Shown here in pieces: positions 1 through 8,792 of a stretch of DNA of 35,510 nt; position 1 is the stretch's first letter, and each line of letters starts with the position of its first letter. The DNA is taken from positions 1 to 35,510 of the forward strand of contig CALSSJ010000047.1 of NCBI GenBank assembly GCA_943788985.1, given 5' to 3'. The stretch comes from an uncultured Lentisphaerales bacterium. GTDB taxonomy: Bacteria; Verrucomicrobiota; Lentisphaeria; JABSQK01; UBA12247. Under the pieces are notes generated by a model. It had not been told where the DNA came from and did not search any database. It saw nothing but the letters and a program-made list of their open reading frames with translations. The translations under genes and the position numbers were made by a program.

Positions 1-277
1 ACAGAATCATGTCCTACTTCGCCATGGCTTGCAGGAACTTGGCTTCAAATACCTGGTCTCACCAGAGTATCGCTTGCCGATGCTGAACGCAGTGCATCTT
101 CCTTCTGGTTGTGAGGATGCCGCACTGCGCGGCGCACTGTTAGATCGTTATGGAATCGAAGTGGGAGGCGGGCTTGGACAGTTCGCCGGCAAGCTCTGGC
201 GAATCGGCCTGATGGGCGAGAGCTGTACGCCAAACCACGTACACATGCTATTGTCTGCACTTCGCTCGTTACTTTAA
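1..277 (+). CDS. Alanine-glyoxylate/serine-pyruvate aminotransferase family (class V PLP enzyme), 3' part only
   Basis: Frame open from the window edge; C-terminal motifs RLPMLNAV and YGIEVGGGLGQFAGKLWRIGLMG are typical of AGT-family aminotransferases. Confidence 0.85.
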   Translation, partial: QNHVLLRHGLQELGFKYLVSPEYRLPMLNAVHLPSGCEDAALRGALLDRYGIEVGGGLGQFAGKLWRIGLMGESCTPNHVHMLLSALRSLL

Positions 278-289
278 GGATCCCAGCCT

Positions 290-454
290 ATGCAACTGCT
301 CTCTCTCACTCTGCTCACTGCCATCTTGGCCGTCGGCTGTATTAAGGTGAAGTCTGACCCCATTCGAATCGAGCCCATTCAGATTACGATCGACGTCAAT
401 GTGAAGATCGATCGCGCGCTGGATGATTTTTTTGATGACCTGGATTCGGAATAG
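290..454 (+). CDS. YnbE-like small lipoprotein (54 aa, below the ORF-track cutoff)
   Basis: Manual translation: MQLLSLTLLTAILAVGCIKVKSDPIRIEPIQITIDVNVKIDRALDDFFDDLDSE*. It has an AVGC lipobox, the YnbE-type PI.I.I.VNVKID...DDFF motif and an AAGGA RBS, and lies directly upstream of a ydbL-like gene. Confidence 0.85.
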   Translation: MQLLSLTLLTAILAVGCIKVKSDPIRIEPIQITIDVNVKIDRALDDFFDDLDSE

Positions 455-462
455 GAGCTGGC

Positions 463-819
463 ATGAAACACCTACTACTTACTTTTCTCTTGCTGAGCAC
501 GACTACATTCGCCGCCAGCCTCTCGACGATCAAGGCCCAGATGAAGGCCCGTGCTGGGGAGATTGCAACACTGAAGGCGTCGGGCCACCTCGGTGAGGAT
601 GCCAAAGGCCTCCTGAGCGTCCGCACTGCCACACCGGCAGCCACCGCGACCGCGCAAGCTGAGAATGCGGACCGCAAACTCGTGTACCGCGCACTCGCCG
701 CCAAGGCAGGCGGTAGCGCAGACGCAGTCGGGCAAAGAGCTGCTGCTCGTTACGCAGAACGTTCACCGGCCGGCACCTGGCTGCAAGCCGTCGACGGAAC
801 CTGGTCCCAAAAGGAGTAG
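463..819 (+). CDS. YdbL family (DUF1318) exported protein
   Basis: Signal peptide; motifs LKASGHLGED..GLL, AENADRKLVY and GTWLQ..DGTWSQK; AGGAG RBS. Confidence 0.85.
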   Translation: MKHLLLTFLLLSTTTFAASLSTIKAQMKARAGEIATLKASGHLGEDAKGLLSVRTATPAATATAQAENADRKLVYRALAAKAGGSADAVGQRAAARYAERSPAGTWLQAVDGTWSQKE

Positions 820-822
820 CCC

Positions 823-2292
823 ATGCACTTTACCAGCGCCTTTCTTGTTGCGATGGTCGCAACCTTTACTTACGCCCAGAACATGACGCCGGTCTGGGCA
901 GTCATGCCCGACGATCTAGCGCCGAAAGCGATTGATCCAGTCGACCCTGATAATGGGCAGCTGATCGTCTTCGTGCGCCCGAATCAGTCCGAGGTCGACA
1001 ATACCTTCCAAGAGGAAGTCCTGCCGGAAGTACGCAAAATTGCCGCTGAAATTGGCACCGCGCTGCATGTCTGGGATAGCCGCCTTGGCAGCCCTGAGGG
1101 AATAACGATCACGCCGAGCATCGTCTTCGAGAATTCCCGCGGGCGCTCGGTGTACCAAGGCCGTTATCGCAACTTGGACCGCATTCGCACCTTTATTCGT
1201 ACCTCACGCTACGTGCCCCGAGGCGACAGCCTGCGCGAGTGGTCGAACATTCCAGTCTGGACCAACGGCCGCGCTCACCTGATCGCACCGATCAAAGTCA
1301 GCTCTCTCGGCGGCACACTGCCAGAAGAGTACTGCGAGAAGCTTTGGCAGCAGGACACCCGCCACTGGGTGGACGAAGGCTTGGTCAAATTCTGGAATAA
1401 GGAGACCTACATGCAAGGCTCCATGGACCGGCTGTTCTACATGGATTTCTACCCGTGGCTCGGCGAGGACGGGACGCTGCATGTATCTGCCTCGCTGTTT
1501 TCGCAATTTCACTGCAAGAAGCCAGTCTTCACCACCGGCGACACTCCATTCAAAGGTCCGTGGAAATACCGGCGCTGGATCTTCCGCCGCGCAGCCCGCG
1601 CGCTCGAGGACGCCGTGGCAGTCACCATGGCCGATCCATCGCTCGGCGATGGCTTTGACATTGTCGAGTCCTACATGTGCAAGTTCCGCTGGGCTGCCCT
1701 AGCAATGCCCGTGCCTGCCCCGGCAGAGAACGCCCCGCTGGCGGTCGCCCCGAAGCTGCCCACATCCTACAGAGTTGCGAACTCCGCAAATCTGCCGCCG
1801 CAGGTGCAGTTCGCCTTTCCTGCCCCGCTCGATGGCCATCGCGGTGAAGCGCAGGGCGTCAGCGGTACACTCAATATCCCTGGACTGGACATCAACAAAG
1901 CCAGCGGCATCATCACCGTGGACGTAGGCCGCCTCACCATGGGCGACTCTGAGTTGGACGCAGTGATTCGCGGCAGCTTGTATCTGGATGCGAAGACGCA
2001 CCCAAAGGCAAGCTTCGCAATCAAGTCGCTCGTTGCAGAACAGCCTCTGACGTACGGCGTGCAGGTCCCGACAGAGATGAGTGGCACCTTCACCATGAAA
2101 GGAAAGCCGAGCCAGCTGACGCTACCTAGCTTTCTGGAAGCCGTCGTCATGGAGAATGGCAAGCCCGCCGTCATCCTGACCAGCGGTTTTGACGTGAATC
2201 TGAATGACTACGGCATTCCCCCTGCGGACGGACCAGAGCCAGAGAATCACACGCTAAATTTTGATATCCGCACGGTTTTCGCTGGACAATAG
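823..2292 (+). CDS. Exported multidomain protein with C-terminal YceI-like (polyisoprenoid-binding) domain
   Basis: Signal peptide. The C-terminal ~180 aa carry a YceI pattern (GITVDVGRLTMGDSELD..IRGSLYLDAKTHPKASF, GTFTMKG, F.VNLNDYGI). The N-terminal part resembles a thioredoxin-like fold (GITITPSIVF) with no CxxC. Confidence 0.7.
   Translation: MHFTSAFLVAMVATFTYAQNMTPVWAVMPDDLAPKAIDPVDPDNGQLIVFVRPNQSEVDNTFQEEVLPEVRKIAAEIGTALHVWDSRLGSPEGITITPSIVFENSRGRSVYQGRYRNLDRIRTFIRTSRYVPRGDSLREWSNIPVWTNGRAHLIAPIKVSSLGGTLPEEYCEKLWQQDTRHWVDEGLVKFWNKETYMQGSMDRLFYMDFYPWLGEDGTLHVSASLFSQFHCKKPVFTTGDTPFKGPWKYRRWIFRRAARALEDAVAVTMADPSLGDGFDIVESYMCKFRWAALAMPVPAPAENAPLAVAPKLPTSYRVANSANLPPQVQFAFPAPLDGHRGEAQGVSGTLNIPGLDINKASGIITVDVGRLTMGDSELDAVIRGSLYLDAKTHPKASFAIKSLVAEQPLTYGVQVPTEMSGTFTMKGKPSQLTLPSFLEAVVMENGKPAVILTSGFDVNLNDYGIPPADGPEPENHTLNFDIRTVFAGQ
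1775..1789 (+). repeat. Dispersed 15-bp quasi-palindrome TTGCGAACTCCGCAA (exact copy)
   Basis: Read directly; lies inside the YceI-domain gene (V-A-N-S-A-N). Confidence 0.85.
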
Positions 2293-2294
2293 CC

Positions 2295-3581
2295 CTGCAA
2301 CAGCCCTGGAGTTTCACGGACGCTGAGGCGTTCCTAGAGGATCTGTGCCGAGGCGGCGTAAAGCTGGGTCTCGAGAACACCAGCGAGCTGCTGGCTGCGT
2401 TGGAGAATCCGCAACGCCAGCTGCCCGCGATCCACGTGGCCGGCACCAACGGCAAAGGCTCGGTATGCTCGCTACTCTCGGCCGCGCTGACCAGCCAGGG
2501 GCTGCGGCCGGGCCTGTATACGTCCCCGCACCTCGTCTCAGTCCGGGAACGCTTGCGAATTGGTGGTGAAGCAATCAGCGAAGCCAAGTTTGCGGAGATC
2601 GCAGCCGGCATCCGAGCAGACGCCGCACGGCTCTTCCCAGCCGTCGGCCCCACCCCGACCTTCTTCGAGTTTCTCACGGCCATGGCATGGCGCTGGTTTG
2701 CCCAGGAAAGTGCTAAGTTCGCAATCCTGGAAGTGGGCATGGGCGGCAGGCTGGACTCGACTAATGTCTGCGAGCCCGCGATTACGGTGATCACCTCAAT
2801 CGGGCTGGATCACATCGGCGCGCTGGGCAATACCCTGGCAGAGATCGCGGCCGAGAAGGCGGGCATTCTCAAGCCAGGCGTGCCATTGGTTTGCGGAGTT
2901 CGCAACCCTGAGGCGCGGGAGGTGATTATGGCCAGAGCCAGTGAGCTGCGGGTGCCGGTCTGGCAGCTGGGTGAGGACTTCGCGGTGTTGGCGACGGAGC
3001 CAACGGACGCTGGGCAGCAGGTGCAGCTACGCCTGCCGACCGGGCAATGTACTGCGGAGATCGCACTGCGAGGTTCGCATCAGGCAGACAATACGGCAGT
3101 GGCAGCGGCGACGCTGGCGCGGCTGGCTCGCCCGACTACCGGGCTAGAGCGAGCGCGTTGGCCAGGGCGTCTGGAGCAGCTGTCGAACACGGTGTTATTG
3201 GATGGAGCGCACAACATGGCTGCGATGCATGAGTTAGTGGCGGCACTTCCCGCGAACGAGCGCTATGTGGCACTGTTCGCTACGATGATTGACAAGGAGT
3301 GGCAGGAGATGTTGGCACTGTTGGCACCGCATCTTTGCGAACTCCGCATCACCCGGGCGGAAAACCCGCGGTCAGTGGATCCGCAGGTCGTGGCGCTGCA
3401 TGTGCGGGAGAAGCACCCAGCGCTGCAGGTGGTCACGGAGCCGGACGCCTATGCGGCAGCCGAGCTGATCGCGCAAGAGCAGCGACCTGCCCTGATCGTC
3501 GGGTCCCTGTATCTCGCGGGGGACGTGTACAGCGTCTTTCGCGGGAATGCACCGCCGCCGATCTACTGCGAATCAGGTTGA
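2295..3581 (+). CDS. folC: Bifunctional folylpolyglutamate synthase/dihydrofolate synthase
   Basis: Motifs IHVAGTNGKGS, GLYTSPHL, TFFE, EVGMGGRLDSTN, WPGRLE, LDGAHN and GSLYLAG. The homologous region extends upstream of the 2400 TTG (GVKLGLEN), and the likely start is CTG at 2295. Confidence 0.93.
   Translation: MQQPWSFTDAEAFLEDLCRGGVKLGLENTSELLAALENPQRQLPAIHVAGTNGKGSVCSLLSAALTSQGLRPGLYTSPHLVSVRERLRIGGEAISEAKFAEIAAGIRADAARLFPAVGPTPTFFEFLTAMAWRWFAQESAKFAILEVGMGGRLDSTNVCEPAITVITSIGLDHIGALGNTLAEIAAEKAGILKPGVPLVCGVRNPEAREVIMARASELRVPVWQLGEDFAVLATEPTDAGQQVQLRLPTGQCTAEIALRGSHQADNTAVAAATLARLARPTTGLERARWPGRLEQLSNTVLLDGAHNMAAMHELVAALPANERYVALFATMIDKEWQEMLALLAPHLCELRITRAENPRSVDPQVVALHVREKHPALQVVTEPDAYAAAELIAQEQRPALIVGSLYLAGDVYSVFRGNAPPPIYCESG
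2891..2905 (-). repeat. Dispersed 15-bp quasi-palindrome (exact copy, reverse orientation TTGCGGAGTTCGCAA)
   Basis: Read directly; lies inside folC (C-G-V-R-N). Confidence 0.85.
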
Positions 3582-3583
3582 TT

Positions 3584-3643
3584 GGACAAGAAAAATTAGG
3601 GGACAAGAATTTGCTACGCCCCAGACATGTGATGTTCTTGTCC
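3584..3643. repeat. REP-like inverted repeat or possible bidirectional terminator between convergent genes
   Basis: GGACAAGAA at 3584-3592 and 3601-3609, with inverted copy TTCTTGTCC at 3635-3643. Confidence 0.55.
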
Positions 3644-3673
3644 TGAATATCTTCCCATCCCAGGAAGGAATTT

Positions 3674-5983
3674 CTATTTTTTCTGGTCTTTCTGGTCTTT
3701 CTGGTCGTCAGGGATGTCGCTCCAAGGATGCTCGAAGGCTTGATTCAATAGCTCCAGCATGCGCTTGGCATCCGCATGGTCGGGATCCAACTCGAGGGTG
3801 CGCCGGTAAGAGATGCGGCTGTTTTTGTATTCTTTGAGCCGCAACTCTGCGGTACCGCGGTTGGCCCAAGCGGTCACCGAGGCGGGGGCCAATTCAGTGG
3901 CCGTGGTGAAAGCCTGTAGCGCCTCTCGCAGCCTGTTTAACTGAAAAAGCGCGCCGCCAAGGTTCAGGTTGGCCTCCAAGGAGTTCGGCTGTGCAGCAAT
4001 GGCCTGTTCTAAATCCTCCACGGCTGTGGCCCAGTCTGACTGGCAAATAGCCAGCATTCCGCGCACGTAGGGAACCAGCACATGATCGGCACCTGCCGCG
4101 ATAAACTGACGATAGTGGCCAGCGGCTAGGTCCATCGCACCGTGAGTGCGGTACATATCACCAACCCCGAGCCGAAGATCGAGGGCACTGCTGTCCGCCC
4201 GGATAGCCGCTAGATAAGCCTTTTCCTGGGCCGCCGGATCTGCGTTCTCCGATTCCGCCATCACCCAGAGCCGCTGTGCATCGGTTACGGTCGGATTCTT
4301 GGCAGCCAGAGCACGAGCCTCATCGGCAGCAGTGCTGTCGCCCTCGGCAAGACGAATCCTGAGCAGCCCGATGGCGGCACTGAGGTCGTCGGGAAACTGG
4401 CCGTATAGCTCTCGAGCCGCCGCGAAGTTCCCAGTGCCAAGCGCGAGATCGGCGCGCGCGAGCTGGATGGACTTGTTCCCAGCGTTGCCTTGCAACAGCT
4501 CCCGGGCTGCCTCTGGATCCCCGTGGCGTGCAAGCGCAGTCGCGCGATGGACCAGCAACTCGCTGTTTCGTGGATCGAGCTCGAGGGCTTCGGCGTACAG
4601 CTTGCTGGCCTGCTCCCACTGCCCCATGGCAAAGGCGAAGCAGGCGCGGGCTTCGAGTGCAGATGCCTCCGTGCGACTGGCGCAGAGTTGGTCCAATTCC
4701 CGCGCATTGTCGATGCGGCCAAGGTTTAGCAGCACTTTCATGCGGTTGGCCGGAAGCTCGCGATGATTGGGGTTCACGGTGATCACACGGTCGAAGGCTG
4801 CCAGCGCCTCCTGATCCTTCCCCACGGCCATGAGAGCCGTGCCAAGGTTGAGCAGGCTGACATCATGCCGCGGGTGTTTGCGCACGGCATCCTCCCACAA
4901 CGTCTGCGAACTACGCCAGACCGCGCTGCGTTGCCACGAAATAGCGCAAAGAATGAGCGCAACCACCGGCAGCACGAAGCGGTCTCCACGACGCGCCAGC
5001 CAGGTTGCGAACATCGCAAACGGACCAATTGCGGCGATGTAGAGATGGCGATCGCCAGTCCCATGGTCGAGTGGAAGAATGCACAGGGCAGGGAGCAGCG
5101 CTGCCGCGAACCAGAGCAGCGGTGCGGCACCGGCGTGTTTGCGACGTACGCAAAAAATGACGGTGGCGACCACCAGGACACCGCTGATCATGGCCCAGGC
5201 GGGGATGTCTAGCGTGGGATACACCGCGCAGAGCTGGAACGGCAGGACCAGATGGACGGCTGCCAGCCCAAGCGCATGAAATGGCATACTCCCGCCTCCG
5301 GCATGCGCCTCGGCGATCGCGGCCACGTCTCGAACGACCAGCCCAAGCAGCAGCACGGCGACGGCGGCTAGGGGAAGCAGTTGGTAGATGCTGCGAGCTG
5401 CGGGCCTGGGCGCGGCTCTCAGAGAAATCCACAGCAGGGGCAGAACGGCACCGAGGGGGCTAGACAGCATGGCCAGCAGTGCCAGCCCGCAAGCACCCGC
5501 AAGCCAGCCGCGGCCTGGTCGTAGCCAGCAATAGGTGGCCGCAAACAGGAAGAATGCGAACAGGCCAAACTCTCGTCCGGCGATCCAAATCACGGGTTCA
5601 ACATTAACTGGATGCACAATAAACAGCAGCGCGGTGCCAAAGGCTGCGGCGGTCGCGATATTGCTCTTGTCGGCAAGCAGAAGGCGGATCACAAGAAAGA
5701 GAAGCACAGCACTGAGCGCATGCAGAAGTACGTTCACGGCACGATGGCCGGCGGGACTCTCCCCCCAGAGACGCCAATCCACCGCGTGGCTTAGGTCTCG
5801 CAGAGGTTGGTACCAGTAGCCGTTCTCGGGCACAAAGAGGCCGGGAAGCGGCTCGCCTTGGATTCGATGGTTCTGCACGATGAGGGCTGGATCATCCCAG
5901 TTCGTGAACGGGAAACCAAGGCGCGGACCGAAGAGCGCGAATGGCGTGATGAGCAATATGGCAATGGCGATTTTGCGATTCAT
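3674..5983 (-). CDS. TMTC-like multi-pass membrane glycosyltransferase (GT-C type) with C-terminal TPR array
   Basis: N-terminal NWDD, YQPLRDLS, GHRAVNVLLH, HPVNVEPV.WIAGR, GDRHLY and WRSSQTLW motifs with about 11 hydrophobic segments, followed by many TPR repeats. Confidence 0.8.
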   Translation of the reverse strand: MNRKIAIAILLITPFALFGPRLGFPFTNWDDPALIVQNHRIQGEPLPGLFVPENGYWYQPLRDLSHAVDWRLWGESPAGHRAVNVLLHALSAVLLFLVIRLLLADKSNIATAAAFGTALLFIVHPVNVEPVIWIAGREFGLFAFFLFAATYCWLRPGRGWLAGACGLALLAMLSSPLGAVLPLLWISLRAAPRPAARSIYQLLPLAAVAVLLLGLVVRDVAAIAEAHAGGGSMPFHALGLAAVHLVLPFQLCAVYPTLDIPAWAMISGVLVVATVIFCVRRKHAGAAPLLWFAAALLPALCILPLDHGTGDRHLYIAAIGPFAMFATWLARRGDRFVLPVVALILCAISWQRSAVWRSSQTLWEDAVRKHPRHDVSLLNLGTALMAVGKDQEALAAFDRVITVNPNHRELPANRMKVLLNLGRIDNARELDQLCASRTEASALEARACFAFAMGQWEQASKLYAEALELDPRNSELLVHRATALARHGDPEAARELLQGNAGNKSIQLARADLALGTGNFAAARELYGQFPDDLSAAIGLLRIRLAEGDSTAADEARALAAKNPTVTDAQRLWVMAESENADPAAQEKAYLAAIRADSSALDLRLGVGDMYRTHGAMDLAAGHYRQFIAAGADHVLVPYVRGMLAICQSDWATAVEDLEQAIAAQPNSLEANLNLGGALFQLNRLREALQAFTTATELAPASVTAWANRGTAELRLKEYKNSRISYRRTLELDPDHADAKRMLELLNQAFEHPWSDIPDDQKDQKDQKK
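3680..3706. repeat. 9-bp tandem repeat x3 (TTTCTGGTC) encoding DQK-DQK-DQK at the TPR protein C-terminus
   Basis: Three exact units read directly from the sequence. Confidence 0.9.
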
Positions 5984-6080
5984 CTCTATAACATCGGGAC
6001 CAGTTGCGACAGGTCCAGTCGACTGGCGAGATATCGCAAAATATCTATTACTTTTCTAACTCGATGTCAGCAATGGACTT

Positions 6081-7000
6081 TTGGCTACCGGTGCGCTACC
6101 GCAGCCGGAGTTTTATGCAGGCACGGGGACGAATGAAGGCCCTGAAAATATACTATGGATGATCGCAGTTTTCTCGCTTCTCTGCGCGCCGCTGAGCGCA
6201 GACGAGGAAAGCGATATATCGAAGCTCAAGCAGCTGTATTTAGCGGCGCTGTTACGGGTCGATATTGCGCCCCTAACGACCGTGTCTAGGCGAGAACAAA
6301 CGATAACCGCGGGGCCCGGCAAGGTGCAGCTGATCGACGAGCACGATATTCGTTTATGGGGCTACCGCTCGCTTAAGGACATGCTCTGCGATCTCCTAAG
6401 CGTCGAGACGACTGAAAACTACTTCAGCGAGATCGGGATGCAGACCACGGTCCGTGGCCTGGCTCGAAACAAACGAACCGTGGTCCTAGTGAATGGGATG
6501 CGAGTGAATCCGCTGGGCGGTGAGTTTTCCCCTGCGAAATGACTTCAGCATTCGTAGGGCAAAGCAGATCGAAGTGACGTTTAGCCCCGCATCGACGCTC
6601 TATGGCCAGGATACGATGAGCTCGGTCATTATTGTGAGGACACGCATGCCAGCGAGCAAGGAGGTAGTATTCTACGGCGGCCTGGAGTACGGGCTAAACG
6701 CCGAGCAAGAGATCTGGTTTTCCTTCCAGGACGTGCTGGAAAACGGTTTTAAGCTGTCCGGGCACCTGCAATGACATCGCCCGGAGTTGACGGAGCTGAA
6801 CGAACACTACGAGCACTGGTGGGCAGACTACGCTAAAGTCGCTGGCACCAAGCAGACGGCGCCCTGCCGGAGCGCTGGGACGATGGCGAAAGTGCATTTC
6901 TGCGGGTTGAAGCGGGAGACATGACTCTGCAGACTTGGTACCGGGGCTCAGAGCACAGCAGTTCAAAAGGCTTCTTTCCGGCTCTTGCCTATACGGACTA
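6081..7000 (+). pseudogene. Decayed TonB-dependent receptor (plug domain), frameshifted
   Basis: TTVSRREQTITAGPGKV..I.EHDIRLWGYRSLKDML, VRG and VVLVNGMRVN in one frame. It continues after a frameshift near 6525 as KQIEVTFSPASTLYGQDTMSSVIIVRT, with a stop at 6772-6774. End coordinate approximate. Confidence 0.75.
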
Positions 7001-7524
7001 TGCAGTCTGGGGGATCACTCTTGGGTGACTGAGTTTCGCTATCAGCTAGACTTGAGCGAGCGGATGCCGCTGGGGTCGCGGGCGACGGCAAGCTGATACG
7101 GGATCTCGCCTGACTCGCGCTATGTCTTCCCGGCGAGCGATACACAATAATTCAAGGATGATTTAAAGTACGGTCGCCAATTAGGCCTGACGCTCGATGA
7201 GACCCTGCACTACGATGTCTCGGACACGCTCGCAGCACAGTTCGGGCTGAGCATTGGCACCGCCAGCAAAGGTGAACGCACCAGCACCAGCCGATGTGCA
7301 AGCAACGACCAACAGCATGAGCGTTGCCGGGCCTAAAAAGTGCCCACCGTGGCTGCGGACCATTTTCACGGAGGGCACGCTCACTCCGCCTACTTGTCGC
7401 TTGGTACCGTATGCATGTGAACATCCCGCTGTGGGAACGGAATGCTGATGCCAGCTTCATCGAAGGCCTTCTTGACCTTCTCATGGGTGCCGAAATACAC
7501 ATCCCAGTAATCAGCCACGCGGCA

Positions 7525-7895
7525 CTAGGGCCGACAAGCAAAATTCACACTACTGTCTCCCAGTTCGATCACCGCGACCGTGGGGACCGGCTCGCTCAGC
7601 ACCTGTTTATCCTCGCGCAACACGCGCTCCATGACTTCCTTCGCCTTATCAATGTTGTCGCCGTAGCCAATCCCAAACACCAAGTCCACGCGCAGCAGAT
7701 CCTTGGTCCAGAAGTTCGCAATGTTGTCACCGGACATCTTGGCATTCGGCACAATCGCCAGCTTGTTATCCAGCGTCAAGACGTGGGTGATGAGGGTATT
7801 AATGTCCTCGACCACACGAAGTACGCCACCACCTTCGACCAAATCGCCTACTTTGAACGGACGGAACAGAATGATCAGCACCCCAGCAGCAGCGG
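7525..7895 (-). pseudogene. Small-conductance mechanosensitive channel (MscS family) fragment
   Basis: AAGVLIILFRPFKVGDLVE, DNKLAIVPNAK, RVDLVFGIGYGDNIDKAK and ELGDSSVNF; lacks the N-terminal TM helices and the C-terminal end. Confidence 0.8.
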
Positions 7896-7955
7896 TGGTG
7901 GCGATTGGGTCGGCTGTCTCCTGCATTATGGATCCTTTGCTCGGTTATTCTCACG

Positions 7956-7988
7956 GGACCTCGAGCCTGTCGGACCTCGCAGCCTGTC
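7956..7988. repeat. Short tandem duplication GGACCTCG(C)AGCCTGTC x2
   Basis: 7956-7971 and 7972-7988 differ by one inserted C. Confidence 0.7.
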
Positions 7989-8105
7989 GGCCTTAGCCGC
8001 ACCGGCTGAAAAACCGTCTCCACTTGAGTAATGTAGCCCGCAATTCCCCGATTATCCGGCATTGCGCGACGATTCAGAGAATCCCAATCACTCGAAGCCA
8101 AGACC

Positions 8106-8134
8106 TTGCACCATAGGCTGTTCTACGTTATCTT
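8106..8134 (+). promoter_or_regulatory. Putative sigma70 promoter
   Basis: TTGCAC-17 nt-TATCTT upstream of the methyltransferase remnant and thiE. Confidence 0.45.
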
Positions 8135-8156
8135 CTCCGAGTATTCATAAGGCGGC

Positions 8157-8177
8157 GATTCAACATGGCGTTGAATC
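8157..8177. promoter_or_regulatory. Perfect 8-bp inverted repeat (operator or leader hairpin)
   Basis: GATTCAAC-ATGGC-GTTGAATC, just downstream of the putative promoter. Confidence 0.45.
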
Positions 8178-8189
8178 CCGGCACAATTC

Positions 8190-8792
8190 TTGCCCACATG
8201 GAGTACACGCGTGAAACGATTTCTGTTGCTCATCTGGTATCTAAAGCGGCCCCAGATGATGTCGCACTTATTCTGCCGTATTTTTCATCGCAGTGGGCAA
8301 GATGAGAGAGAATCCACGCGGACTGAGTCCGAGAAATGGGCCGATGAGATCGCCATCAGCCAAGAAGAAGCAGTCGCGCAAATGCTCGGCGGCGAATCCT
8401 CCACGCCCATTTACGAGCTATGTGCGGACGAAATGAAGGCTGCGCACGCAGCGGCGGACGCCTGCCCAATCCGAATGGGCGGCCCCGGCGTCGCCTGTGG
8501 CTGGTCATCCCTGGCCCTGCTGCTTTCCGTGTCCCAGCGCGACGGCACGGTTGTCAACTCCGACATGCCCTGTCCGGGACGTAACAACGATGCGTGCGTC
8601 GGCTCCGTGGTCCCGCTATCACTGCGTAAATTCTGGAAGCTGCTGCGCACGCCAGACCGCCAGTCGTTGCCGAAAGCCTTGAGCATCCTGGGCGAGTCGG
8701 AGCTCTGCCACTACGATAGCGGCGAAAGCTACGACGGCCGCATGTGGGCATACCCACTGCTCTCGAATGCCCTGCGCAAGCAATGGCCGTGA
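8190..8792 (+). pseudogene. Class I SAM-dependent methyltransferase (Methyltransf_24-like), internally deleted or truncated
   Basis: MGGPG is fused directly to GVACGWSSLALL, so the usual intervening segment ending in VETG is absent. CHYDSGESYDGRMWAYPLL is present, but the expected GG...SDD C-terminal part is missing. Confidence 0.6.

Noticed and set aside
4904..4918. Motif-like CTGCGAACTACGCCA
   Set aside because: Three mismatches, and it coincides with the conserved WRSSQTLW protein motif, so it was not counted.
5997..6037. Short palindromes (GGACC/GGTCC, CCAGTCGACTGG) between the TPR gene and the TonB remnant
   Set aside because: Single occurrences with no supporting pattern; could be chance.
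7324..8031. 235-aa plus-strand ORF and similar long antisense ORFs (e.g. 14550-15344, 30792-31565, 33973-34761)
   Set aside because: Shadow frames opposite recognisable genes or remnants in GC-rich DNA, with no protein motifs.
7926..8190. Possible TPP riboswitch upstream of thiE
   Set aside because: No CTGAGA plus downstream ACCTGA-type conserved elements are recognisable.
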